DNA of 64,000 nucleotides from Oscillospiraceae bacterium (GCA_009777475.1 WRLU01000006.1:5863-69862), one strand, 5' to 3'; counted from the stretch's first letter, positions 27,159 to 35,958 are shown. The notes: generated from the sequence alone by a model not told the origin. A program made the numbers and translations.

Positions 27159-28271
27159 ATGACAGTATGCGCTATAATCTGCGAATATAACCCTATGCAT
27201 ATGGGGCATTTGTACCACTTAGAGCAGACACGCGCCGCCTTGGGGACAGATGCTCGCTTTATCGCGGTTATGTCAGGCCATGTTGTGCAGAGAGGCGAAT
27301 TTCCGATACTAACAAAATACGCTCGTGCCAGATTAGCACTTTTGGCAGGGCATGATCTTGTGTTCGAGCTGCCTGCCCCCCACGCCTGCGCCCCGGCAGA
27401 GCGCTTTGCCCGGGGTGCTGTTTCTGTTATATCTAAGCTAGGCTGCGTCACACACCTTTCATTTGGAGCGGAATGCCGCAGCTTAGAGGAGTTACGCTGC
27501 GCTTCCGAAAAAATCACCGCCACTTACCCCAAGGATATATCATTAGCCAGGGCAATGCCCCTGCTTTTTCCCGAACATGCAAAAATTTTTACCCCCAATA
27601 ATATTCTCGGAGCAGAATATCTTCGCGCTTTGCGGGATATAGCACCTCATATAAAGCCCATAATGATTCCTCGTGCCTGTGGCTCAGAGCATGACAGGGA
27701 CGGCTCGGCTATGTATTGGAGAAAAAAACTTTTTGCCAGAGAGGATTGTTCGGGGCTGCCTTTTTACCATGTGTTATCGCAGGCACTTGAAGAAGGGCTT
27801 GCTCCTATAAGCCTGAAAAACGCCGAAAAAGCGGTATTGTCCCATCTGCGCGGATTGTCCCAGGAGGGGTGGGGAGCTATGCCTGATGTCAAGGGCGGTT
27901 TGGCACAGAGAATTTCGTTAGCGGCAAAGGAATCCGTCACACTAGGCGAGCTGTATGCCAACGCTAAAACAAAGCGGTATACTATGGCGCGGATACGCCG
28001 TGTAGTATTATCGGGTTTTTTGGGAATAACCGAACGACAGGCACTTGCGCCGCCTCATATACGCCTGCTGGGAATAGGGAAATACGCCTCTGAGCTGCTT
28101 TCGGCAATACAATGTCCTATAATAAGTCGTCCGGCGGCTCACAAGAGGGCTCTTGGCTTAGAATCTGCCATAACAGATCAGCTAACCCTGTTTATGCCCA
28201 CACCCCAGCCCTCCGGTCTGGAGTGGCGTAGCGGGGTGGTCCGGGGAAAGGACGAAACACCTGCTTTGTAA
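27159..28271 (+). CDS. tmcAL: tRNA(Met) cytidine acetate ligase (YlbM/TmcAL family nucleotidyltransferase)
   Basis: MTVCAIICEYNPMHMGHLYHL is the family N-terminal signature. The start is trimmed to ATG 27159 (GTGAGG 8 nt upstream). Confidence 0.8.
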   Translation: MTVCAIICEYNPMHMGHLYHLEQTRAALGTDARFIAVMSGHVVQRGEFPILTKYARARLALLAGHDLVFELPAPHACAPAERFARGAVSVISKLGCVTHLSFGAECRSLEELRCASEKITATYPKDISLARAMPLLFPEHAKIFTPNNILGAEYLRALRDIAPHIKPIMIPRACGSEHDRDGSAMYWRKKLFAREDCSGLPFYHVLSQALEEGLAPISLKNAEKAVLSHLRGLSQEGWGAMPDVKGGLAQRISLAAKESVTLGELYANAKTKRYTMARIRRVVLSGFLGITERQALAPPHIRLLGIGKYASELLSAIQCPIISRPAAHKRALGLESAITDQLTLFMPTPQPSGLEWRSGVVRGKDETPAL

Positions 28272-28355
28272 GCCCAATTTTCAACGAGATCAGAATCAGT
28301 ATGATAATCGCACCCTTCAAATAATATTTGCAAATTTTGTTCTTTCACAGCGAAA

Positions 28356-28919
28356 TCAATCACCGTTTTCAAATACCATATTTCCGGTATCAGTTACAGT
28401 CTTATCACTTTTCCATGACATCGAAAATTCCCGGCCGGCAAAAAGCGAAGCTAGTCCGCTTATTTGCTTGAGTCGTAAAAGCTCATCGGCATCCATTCCA
28501 ATATTCTTCATAATCCAGCTGTCGCTCAGGCCTGCCTCTGTAAGTTTTGCAATAATATCCACCATCATATCAATATTGTGGGTCCCTCTGGCTCGATTAT
28601 GCCTTATTGTACTCGCTATGCGCTCCGACAAAGGCTTGTCAATGACCGATACAGGAAGATGGTTGCTTTCCCGCTCTGCAATCTCCGGGCAGGTTTTCAT
28701 AACCAGATACCGGTGAAATCCATCCACAATTTCATACATGTCGTCATCTGCGATGTAATAGCAGACAACAGGCATAGTATACCCATCCTCCAATATGGAC
28801 TTTACGAGCAATTTCATTTCCGGGGATGAGACCCTGTTAGGGTTATAGCTGTTTGCCTGTACCTTCTCAATCGGTATCCTCATGACATCATATACAGGAC
28901 TCAGATAATTTTCTTCCAT
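28356..28919 (-). CDS. ParB/sulfiredoxin-fold nuclease-domain protein, IbrB-like
   Basis: 187 aa with IPIEKVQANSYNPNRV, EIVDGFHRYLV (DGxHR-type motif) and STIRHNRARGTH. The start overlaps the upstream gene by 19 nt. Confidence 0.75.
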   Translation of the reverse strand: MEENYLSPVYDVMRIPIEKVQANSYNPNRVSSPEMKLLVKSILEDGYTMPVVCYYIADDDMYEIVDGFHRYLVMKTCPEIAERESNHLPVSVIDKPLSERIASTIRHNRARGTHNIDMMVDIIAKLTEAGLSDSWIMKNIGMDADELLRLKQISGLASLFAGREFSMSWKSDKTVTDTGNMVFENGD

Positions 28920-30214
28920 GATTCCATTGCCTCCTTCTGCTTTTGCAGCTCATCCTTAGTTTGGCTGAAGCCCATATATTTACAGGATGTATCATTCTTT
29001 AAAATAGTGATGCATATCCGTTTATAGCTTGGAATCAACCTAAAATCCTTTGAATATATACGGTCGGGATATTCGTGAAAGCGTACCATCTCATGATCGA
29101 CACTGTATTTCCGATTCCCTAGAGGTTTGCCAAGACGCTCCATTTTAACCCCCATGCTTTCCAGCTCCTCAATAGCTCTGACAGGCAAGGCTCCGCCTTT
29201 TTCCAGCCAGTAATAATGCGAGGTCTCAAACTTCTTCCTGTAAATACTGGCAGTGTGTTCCGGCAATGTACCCAGCAGAAATTCCGCATAGCTTTTCCAT
29301 GTATGCCCTATGGGCAAGGAGATGTCCTTGTTGCCCATAGCCTTCGTCCCGCCGTAAATTGCACCGAAATTCGCTCCGTTTACCCGACCGACCAGCTTGC
29401 CCCAGGTATTCGGTTCAATAGCCCTGTACAGCTTCAGCGCGTCAACGCCGCAGATATGATAAGGGTTGGCAACCCTCATTTTAGCAAGCGGCACACCGGC
29501 CAGATAAAACAGATCATACAATTTGTTGTAGTCAAAGCCATATTGATAATTGGCCGTCCAAATATCCTCTGTCGTCCAGTCATAGAGAGGATAAAAATTA
29601 TAAATATTATCAAATATCCTTGTGCTAAAGGCAGTTCCTTCAAAACAGGTCAAATCATCGTCCCGGGTTACCGCATGGTACCTATTCAGGCTTTCCTGTG
29701 CACGTATTCCAACCAAAATGGCGGTTCTTTTTGCGTTGTTTTTCCCATGTAGCCATTTTCCGAGCTTTGTTTGGAATATGTAATCCGACATCCCGATTTC
29801 AAAAAAATTAAAGATGTGGTTGTCAAATGAGATAGCGTTTTCCGGCATCTCCTTTACCCATATGTCTTTTTCCTCGGGATTCCATGGCACCCAAGCAGAC
29901 TGGTGCATAGAAATGCCACAGGATGCGGAAACCGGCATGCATAAATGGTAATAATCAAAATAAGGATATTTTCCGATACACCTTGATACATAGTCGATGG
30001 TATGCTGATAGTTGCCTTCATAATCAAGGTGATATACCGACACACTGGATGAAGGCTTTTTTTCCATATAATACAGATTTACCAGCTCAAGCAGCACTCC
30101 CGAATCTTTGCCGCCGCTAAATGCCACTACAATATGGTCGAATTTAGAAAAAATGAACTCCATCCGCTCCATAAAAGCGTCCAATACATTTTTTTCACAA
30201 AAAGTCTTTCCCAT
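28901..30214 (-). CDS. PP-loop ATP-pyrophosphatase of the PAPS-reductase fold with long C-terminal extension (DUF3440-like), IbrA-like
   Basis: HIVVAFSGGKDSGVLLELV (SGGKDS PP-loop); about 437 aa. Preferred start is ATG 30214 with AGGAGG 5 nt upstream; the track start 30265 would overlap the regulator gene. Confidence 0.75.
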   Translation of the reverse strand: MGKTFCEKNVLDAFMERMEFIFSKFDHIVVAFSGGKDSGVLLELVNLYYMEKKPSSSVSVYHLDYEGNYQHTIDYVSRCIGKYPYFDYYHLCMPVSASCGISMHQSAWVPWNPEEKDIWVKEMPENAISFDNHIFNFFEIGMSDYIFQTKLGKWLHGKNNAKRTAILVGIRAQESLNRYHAVTRDDDLTCFEGTAFSTRIFDNIYNFYPLYDWTTEDIWTANYQYGFDYNKLYDLFYLAGVPLAKMRVANPYHICGVDALKLYRAIEPNTWGKLVGRVNGANFGAIYGGTKAMGNKDISLPIGHTWKSYAEFLLGTLPEHTASIYRKKFETSHYYWLEKGGALPVRAIEELESMGVKMERLGKPLGNRKYSVDHEMVRFHEYPDRIYSKDFRLIPSYKRICITILKNDTSCKYMGFSQTKDELQKQKEAMESWKKII

Positions 30215-30248
30215 ATCATCCTCCTTGAAAAATTGTGCGATTGTTTTT

Positions 30249-30941
30249 TCACGGTTCAAACGCATATCCTACACCACGCTCAACCCTGATGTGTTCCTTA
30301 GCCGGATAGATTTCTGAGAGCTTGGTACGGATACGGTTCATCGTCCGCCATAATATATCGGTGTCTTTTTCGTTATAATCCTCGCCCCATATCTTCTCCA
30401 TTAGTTCTTTGTGTTCCACAACGCATCCGCTGTCGTCCATTAAATAACACAAGATATCAAATTCTTTTTTTGCTAAGTTAACCTCAGTATTTTTTACAAA
30501 TACTTTTCGGCGAAGCTTTGAAAGGATTATGTCTCCGCCGGTTAGAATTCCTACGTGTTTTTGTGAACGCTTTGTGCGCCGGCTTTGTGCCTTCAATGTT
30601 TCCAGGGCTAAAAGGACATTTTGCTTGGCATATGAAACAAAAGGCTCATAAACATCCGCCCCGAGATTCATGGCCTTAATCTTTTTATCAATCGTATATG
30701 TCGAAGTCACAATGAAGATTGGCATATCTGTTGCATCGCGCATGATCGGCAATTGTTTCATAAAATCGCATATGGTGTCCTCGTTTATGACGACAAAAAG
30801 AAACTCTTCGCCTGCCACAAGCCTGCCAATCGCGTCATTTATCGTGTTGACACGCCGCGTGCCAATACCGTATTTTGCCCATTCTGCGGTGTGTTCCTCA
30901 TGTATGGCGATGTCTGTATCTACCGCCAGTATTCGCTCCAT
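30249..30941 (-). CDS. Orphan OmpR/PhoB-type winged-helix regulator with atypical receiver domain
   Basis: 230 aa. Receiver-like N-terminus ILAVDTD..FVVINED..IFIVTST..GADVYEPF (E where the conserved Lys is expected). C-terminal wHTH KKEFDILCYLM..RVERGVGYAFEP. No kinase is adjacent. Confidence 0.75.
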   Translation of the reverse strand: MERILAVDTDIAIHEEHTAEWAKYGIGTRRVNTINDAIGRLVAGEEFLFVVINEDTICDFMKQLPIMRDATDMPIFIVTSTYTIDKKIKAMNLGADVYEPFVSYAKQNVLLALETLKAQSRRTKRSQKHVGILTGGDIILSKLRRKVFVKNTEVNLAKKEFDILCYLMDDSGCVVEHKELMEKIWGEDYNEKDTDILWRTMNRIRTKLSEIYPAKEHIRVERGVGYAFEP

Positions 30942-31169
30942 ATGTACCCTCCGCTTTTTTCGGAGATTGGGGTGAAAATAGATAAAAACACTTTAAGAGC
31001 ATCCCATAAACATCTCTTATCATTTCTATTTAATCACCGCATAGCTCCCCTTTACCTTTCTATGTAAGGATAGCATAAATCTGTGTTACAATTATTCCTG
31101 CAAACATCCTTTATAACTCCTATTAAGCACTTATAGGCAATATACCACAAATTGGCATCCGCGCGGCTA

Positions 31170-31230
31170 CTGGCATACCCCTTCCGCTTCGGTCAATCAA
31201 CCCGGAGCGGAAGGTGGCTTTTGTTCTGTT
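31170..31230 (+). terminator. Strong plus-strand-oriented hairpin with T-rich tail and no plus-strand gene upstream
   Basis: CCTTCCGCTTCGG, 9 to 10-nt loop, CCGGAGCGGAAGG (13-bp stem, 1 mismatch), followed by TGGCTTTTGTTCTGTT. Confidence 0.45.
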
Positions 31231-31235
31231 CAAAT

Positions 31236-31631
31236 TTAACCTTTTACCCTAATTCTCCTCACTGCTTTGCCGCACAGGATCACAATACAGCTTAAAACAC
31301 ACCATATAATTGAAAAATCAGGACAAACCTGTCCCCAAGCGTGAAATGCCCTGCCGGAGTAATCCCAAACACCCCACCCAAGCCACAGATTGACAATGCA
31401 GCCTGTTATCAACTCAACGGCAGTAATGCAAAGCCCCCCCATAATGCTCAGTGGCAGCCAGTGTGCAGATTTTTCGGACAAACGGCAGAGAATCCAGAAG
31501 CAAATTCCTCCGGCCAACAGCATTGAAAAATGCGTATATCCCCGCCATAAAACTTCGATCATTCCATACGCCGCGCCCCCGCAAAGAAATTCTGTAGCGT
31601 GAAACAGCAGCGGTCTTTTTTGTCTGGTCAT
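31236..31631 (-). CDS. Small polytopic membrane protein (resembles the 'putative ABC-transporter type IV' / DUF1113-type family)
   Basis: 131 aa with about 4 hydrophobic helices (GGAAYGMIEVLWRGYTHFSMLLAGGICFWIL..). 4-nt overlap with the upstream small gene. Confidence 0.55.
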   Translation of the reverse strand: MTRQKRPLLFHATEFLCGGAAYGMIEVLWRGYTHFSMLLAGGICFWILCRLSEKSAHWLPLSIMGGLCITAVELITGCIVNLWLGWGVWDYSGRAFHAWGQVCPDFSIIWCVLSCIVILCGKAVRRIRVKG

Positions 31632-31873
31632 TCCCTAAATTCCCCTGAACCATGATCCCGCAGGCAGGCAACGGTATCTATGATTTTATTCTCAGCCTCC
31701 TGCCCTGCTTGGGCAGCTTGGATATTGCTTATGAGCTTTGTTTTTTCTTGGACATTCAGTTCGCCGAAGGCGGTCATTGCTCTAGGCTCCTGCATAAGCC
31801 GCATGCCTAGCCCTAGAGGCAATTCCACTCCATCAGACCCGCGTTCTATGCCTGCATGTGGTAGCTTGTTCAT
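31628..31873 (-). CDS. Small hypothetical protein (81 aa)
   Basis: ATG 31873 (MNKLPHAGIERG..) is preferred over track GTG 31921, which has no RBS. Translationally coupled to the membrane protein gene. I recognise no family. Confidence 0.4.
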   Translation of the reverse strand: MNKLPHAGIERGSDGVELPLGLGMRLMQEPRAMTAFGELNVQEKTKLISNIQAAQAGQEAENKIIDTVACLRDHGSGEFRE

Positions 31874-32149
31874 TATTGTGAGCACCCCTCTCAAAGACTT
31901 TTTATGTATGTAATATGTCACTATTTGTGCAGGCTTATAACATCAAGGGCTAAATTCAAAAAATTCCCGGTTGTCCGGAAGGAGCTAAGCAAAAAAATGC
32001 CCGAGTAAATATTGACGAGTGAGGATTTTTCTGCTACACTGTACCAGCCAGACTGTTTATAGGTCTGCAGGGCTTGCCTCCATTTATAATTTTCCCCGCC
32101 GCAGATGGGGTGAATTATAAGAACACAAAATTGAAAAGGGGTTTTTGCA

Positions 32150-33187
32150 ATGGTAGGATTTCCCGGTTTGGGCATCGGCGAATTCGCGCTACGTCCTTCT
32201 GTATTTGAAGGAGGAAGTTTTCTGCACTGGTACGGTTTAATTATAGCCGCGGGATTTTTAGCGGCAGTGCTTTACTGTATACGCTTATCTAAGAGCTTTA
32301 AGATAAGCGGCGATGAGATTACCGATATGCTTCTTTGGGCAGTTCCAAGCGGCATTATCGGTGCCAGGCTTCTCTCGGTAATATTCAATTGGAGTCTTTA
32401 CAGCTCCGAGCCGGTATCAGTTCTGTATATCTGGGAGGGGGGATTAGCTGTCTACGGTGCCATCATAGGTGCCTGTACTGCTTGTGTTTTGTTTTGCCGA
32501 AGCAGGAAAATTCATCCGGGTGCCATGCTTGACCTGACCGCCTTCGGGCTGTTGCTTGGCCAGGCAATCGGTCGCTGGGGGAATTTTGTGAACATTGAGC
32601 TTTACGGCACTGAAACTTCATTGCCTTGGAGAATGTCGGTAAACGGCACCGATGTACACCCCTTGTTTTTATATGAGTCGCTTTGGAACATAGCGGGGTT
32701 TGCCCTGTTGCACATATTCCTTAAAAACAGACGGTTTAACGGTCAGATTTTCACAGCTTATGTTGCTTGGTACGGTTTGGGCAGGGGATTGCTCGAGGGT
32801 CTGCGTCCCGATGAATTTTCCCTCACTGCCGGAGGGTTGCCGGCCATGCAGGTGCTGGCGTTTGCTTCGCTTGCCGGAGCACTGATTTACCTGATTGTGA
32901 TGCTGTCAAAATCCCAACCCCCCAGTCTTTACGGCTGGACAAATGCCCGGGATGAGTTTTTAGTTATCAGGCAAGCAGGTAAAGACGGCCTGCCGTTTTC
33001 CCCGCCGGATTACGATGGAATAGATTTCTCGCAGGGGGACCATGAAGACTTAGAATCTGACGGCCAGGGACCTCTTGACGACCCGCTTGAGGAATTTCAG
33101 CAGAAGTCTCTCCTGGATGAAGCGGAGGATTCTTCTGACGGCAATTTCTTTGCAGGTGAACACGAGAAAGGCTCCGGCGAAGGTTAA
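32150..33187 (+). CDS. lgt: Prolipoprotein diacylglyceryl transferase with ~85-aa acidic C-terminal tail
   Basis: HWYGLIIAAGF and GRWGNFVNIELYG motifs. 345 aa, versus the roughly 270 aa I recall as usual. Confidence 0.88.
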   Translation: MVGFPGLGIGEFALRPSVFEGGSFLHWYGLIIAAGFLAAVLYCIRLSKSFKISGDEITDMLLWAVPSGIIGARLLSVIFNWSLYSSEPVSVLYIWEGGLAVYGAIIGACTACVLFCRSRKIHPGAMLDLTAFGLLLGQAIGRWGNFVNIELYGTETSLPWRMSVNGTDVHPLFLYESLWNIAGFALLHIFLKNRRFNGQIFTAYVAWYGLGRGLLEGLRPDEFSLTAGGLPAMQVLAFASLAGALIYLIVMLSKSQPPSLYGWTNARDEFLVIRQAGKDGLPFSPPDYDGIDFSQGDHEDLESDGQGPLDDPLEEFQQKSLLDEAEDSSDGNFFAGEHEKGSGEG

Positions 33188-33200
33188 GAGGTGATTTCAG

Positions 33201-34115
33201 ATGGCTGTAATTATGGACGGCAAGGGTCTTGCCTCAAAAATCAGATCAAGTCTTGCTGAAAAAGTGAACAAGCTTTCCCGGAAGGGCATTCGCCCCGGCT
33301 TGGCTGTGGTTTTAGCCGGAAATGACCCCGCCTCGGCAATTTATGTAAAAAACAAAAAAGCAGACTGTGCCGAGTGCGGCATTGAGAGCTTTGAATATCT
33401 CTTGCCTGACGGTACACCTCAGGGAGAGCTGACAAGCTTAATCGCCGAACTCAATGCCAACGGCAAAATACACGGAATATTAGTACAGTTGCCACTGCCG
33501 AGGGGCTTGAATGAGGCGGAGGTTATCGCATCCATTGACCCGTGCAAGGACGTAGATGCTTTTCACGCCGAGAATGTGGGGCTGATATGTCAAGGGACAC
33601 CGCGCTTTCTCCCATGTACCCCCGCCGGGGTAATGGCGTTGCTTGACGAGTATAAGATTGACCCGGCGGGAAAGCACTGTGTTGTTGTAGGCCGCTCAAA
33701 TATTGTGGGTAAGCCTCAGGCACTTTTACTGCTGCACCGTCACGGCACGGTTAGCATCTGCCACAGCCGCACCCCCGGTTTAGGGAGCATTACACGCCAA
33801 GCAGATATTTTGGTTGCGGCGGCGGGGAAGGCGGGATTAATTACCGGGGAAATGATCAAGCCGGGTGCCATTGCCATTGATGTTGCTATGAACCGCAATG
33901 AGCAAGGAACTCTATGCGGTGACATGGTTTTTGATGAAATTGAGCCTATTGCCGCCTATATCACCCCGGTTCCCGGCGGAGTAGGACCAATGACCCGGGC
34001 AATGCTTATGCAAAATACACTAACGGCCGCGGAAAGTACAATGAATGGGCGGCCTGTGAGGCTTTGCGGCACTTCCCCAGACGTAGTGCAGGGTTCAACA
34101 CGGAGGAGGTATTAG
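33201..34115 (+). CDS. folD: Bifunctional methylene-THF dehydrogenase / methenyl-THF cyclohydrolase
   Basis: MDGKGLASKIR, YVKNKKK-type motif (IYVKNKKADC), GILVQLPLP, VVGRSNIVGKP, TPVPGGVGPMT. Confidence 0.93.
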   Translation: MAVIMDGKGLASKIRSSLAEKVNKLSRKGIRPGLAVVLAGNDPASAIYVKNKKADCAECGIESFEYLLPDGTPQGELTSLIAELNANGKIHGILVQLPLPRGLNEAEVIASIDPCKDVDAFHAENVGLICQGTPRFLPCTPAGVMALLDEYKIDPAGKHCVVVGRSNIVGKPQALLLLHRHGTVSICHSRTPGLGSITRQADILVAAAGKAGLITGEMIKPGAIAIDVAMNRNEQGTLCGDMVFDEIEPIAAYITPVPGGVGPMTRAMLMQNTLTAAESTMNGRPVRLCGTSPDVVQGSTRRRY

Positions 34116-34116
34116 T

Positions 34117-35718
34117 TTGACTGACATACAAATTGCCCAATCAGCCGCCCCTCTGCCCATAGCTGAAATTGCAGGCAAATTGGGCTTATGTGATTCCGAA
34201 TGGATACCATACGGCAGGCACAGCGCGAAGGTTGTGCGTACACCGGATTCCGCCCCCAGGGGCAAGCTGATTTTGGTGACTGCCGTTAACCCGACTCCTG
34301 CGGGAGAGGGAAAAACTACCGTCAGCGTTGGTTTGGCTGATGGGCTGTCTCGCATTGGGCAAAAAACTGCCCTCTGCCTTAGGGAACCCTCGCTTGGCCC
34401 AGTATTCGGAATGAAGGGCGGTGCGGCAGGAGGCGGCAAATCTCAGGTAATCCCGATGGAGGACATCAATCTGCACTTTAACGGTGATTTGCACGCGGTA
34501 TCCTCAGCGAATAATTTGCTGTCCGCCGCCATTGACAACCATATACATTTTGGCAATTCCCTTAGGATTGATCCCCGCCGAGTTTCATGGCGGCGTTGCA
34601 TGGATATGAATGACCGTGCCTTGCGGAATATAACAATAGGCTTAGGCGGCCCGGTTCACGGCATGCCGAGGGAATCAGGGTTTGATATTACTGCCGCCAG
34701 CGAGGTCATGGCGATACTGTGCCTGGCCAAGGATTTGCGTGATTTGCGAGAGAGACTGGGCAAAATTATAATAGCTGCGGATCAAGACGGTAAAGCAGTC
34801 ACCTGTGCCGATCTTAGAGTGCAGGGTGCCATGACGGCTCTACTGCAAAACGCCATTTACCCTAATTTAGCACAGACGTTGGAATACACCCCCACCTTGA
34901 TTCACGGCGGAGCATTTGCAAATATAGCTCATGGCTGCAACACCCTGATTGCAACCAGGACTGCCATGAGCCTTGCCGACATTACTGTGACAGAGGCAGG
35001 CTTCGGTGCGGATTTGGGTGCCGAAAAGTTTTTGAACATCAAATGTCGTCAGGGCGGGTTATGGCCAGGAGCGGTTGTTATTGTTGTTACTGCAAGAGCT
35101 GTACGCCATCACGGCGGCTTTGACAACCTTGGCAGGCATATACACAATGTCCGCAATGGCTTTGGGCTTCCGGCTGTGGTCGCCGTTAACCAATTTACTG
35201 ATGATACACAGGAGGAATTGGAGAGCATCCTCTCTTATTGCCGCGACCGTGGGGTCGCAGCCGTTTTGGCCAGCGGCTGGGCGGAGGGCGGTGCTGGCTG
35301 TGAAGCTTTGGCCAGGCAGGTGCTTTCCTCGGCGCAGAGAAGCACCCCTAAATTTACCTATGCCCTGGAGGAAACCTTCGAGGAGAAGATTCGCGCTTTG
35401 GCGCAAGAAATATATGGTGCCGAAAATGTAGATTTTTCCCCGGCGGCTAAGAAATCCATGACTCAATTTGAGGATATGGGTTTTGGTAGCCTGCCGGTTT
35501 GCATGGCAAAAACTCAGTACTCGCTGTCGGACGACCCCAAAAAAAACGGTGCGCCAAGAGGCTTTACTCTTTTTGTCAGAAGCTTCAAGGTGAGCGCGGG
35601 GGCTGGGTTTGCCGTTGCCATGACAGGTGAGATTTTGTCAATGCCGGGTCTGCCCAGAACTCCTTCATATGAGCAGGTTGATATTGGTGAGGATGGCAAG
35701 CTCTCCGGATTGTTCTAA
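34117..35718 (+). CDS. fhs: Formate-tetrahydrofolate ligase
   Basis: TDIQIAQSA..PIAEIAGKLGL and PTPAGEGKTTVSVGL. TTG start with a GGAGGAGG RBS, 1 nt after the folD stop. Confidence 0.93.
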   Translation: MTDIQIAQSAAPLPIAEIAGKLGLCDSEWIPYGRHSAKVVRTPDSAPRGKLILVTAVNPTPAGEGKTTVSVGLADGLSRIGQKTALCLREPSLGPVFGMKGGAAGGGKSQVIPMEDINLHFNGDLHAVSSANNLLSAAIDNHIHFGNSLRIDPRRVSWRRCMDMNDRALRNITIGLGGPVHGMPRESGFDITAASEVMAILCLAKDLRDLRERLGKIIIAADQDGKAVTCADLRVQGAMTALLQNAIYPNLAQTLEYTPTLIHGGAFANIAHGCNTLIATRTAMSLADITVTEAGFGADLGAEKFLNIKCRQGGLWPGAVVIVVTARAVRHHGGFDNLGRHIHNVRNGFGLPAVVAVNQFTDDTQEELESILSYCRDRGVAAVLASGWAEGGAGCEALARQVLSSAQRSTPKFTYALEETFEEKIRALAQEIYGAENVDFSPAAKKSMTQFEDMGFGSLPVCMAKTQYSLSDDPKKNGAPRGFTLFVRSFKVSAGAGFAVAMTGEILSMPGLPRTPSYEQVDIGEDGKLSGLF

Positions 35719-35825
35719 ATGTTCCCTTGGAGGCTAGCTTTCCCTGGCCATTCGTCAAGTTGCACATATACACACATATATTTATTGTGCATAACGCCCA
35801 TAATCTTGACAAAAGCAAAAATAAG

Positions 35826-35854
35826 TTGACAAATGAAGAATGGGAGAACATAAT
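35826..35854 (+). promoter_or_regulatory. Sigma-A-type promoter for the 35959-40140 operon
   Basis: TTGACA, 17 nt, CATAAT. A second TTGACA lies 20 nt upstream. Confidence 0.6.
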
Positions 35855-35958
35855 AAGAATAGGACGACTGTCTGAGTTGGTGCCAAAGGATGCTTAGGTT
35901 AAGCGGCAAAACCCTCACTATAGGCTGACGTATGAGGGAAAACAAGGAGGAAAATGCA

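Noticed and set aside
27000-27218. 73-codon N-terminal extension of trmK, and the matching upstream extension of tmcAL (27096..27158).
   Set aside because: The extensions overlap each other on opposite strands. The internal ATGs (26999 and 27159) have good RBSs and give family-typical N-termini.
28335-31227. 9-nt direct repeat TTTTGTTCT at both edges of the AT-rich islet (28335-28343 and 31219-31227), considered as att-like target duplication.
   Set aside because: It is too short and T-rich to distinguish from chance in AT-rich DNA, and no integrase is present.
31921-32175. 84-aa minus-strand ORF upstream of lgt.
   Set aside because: It overlaps the lgt start, has no RBS, and its translation looks unlike a real protein.
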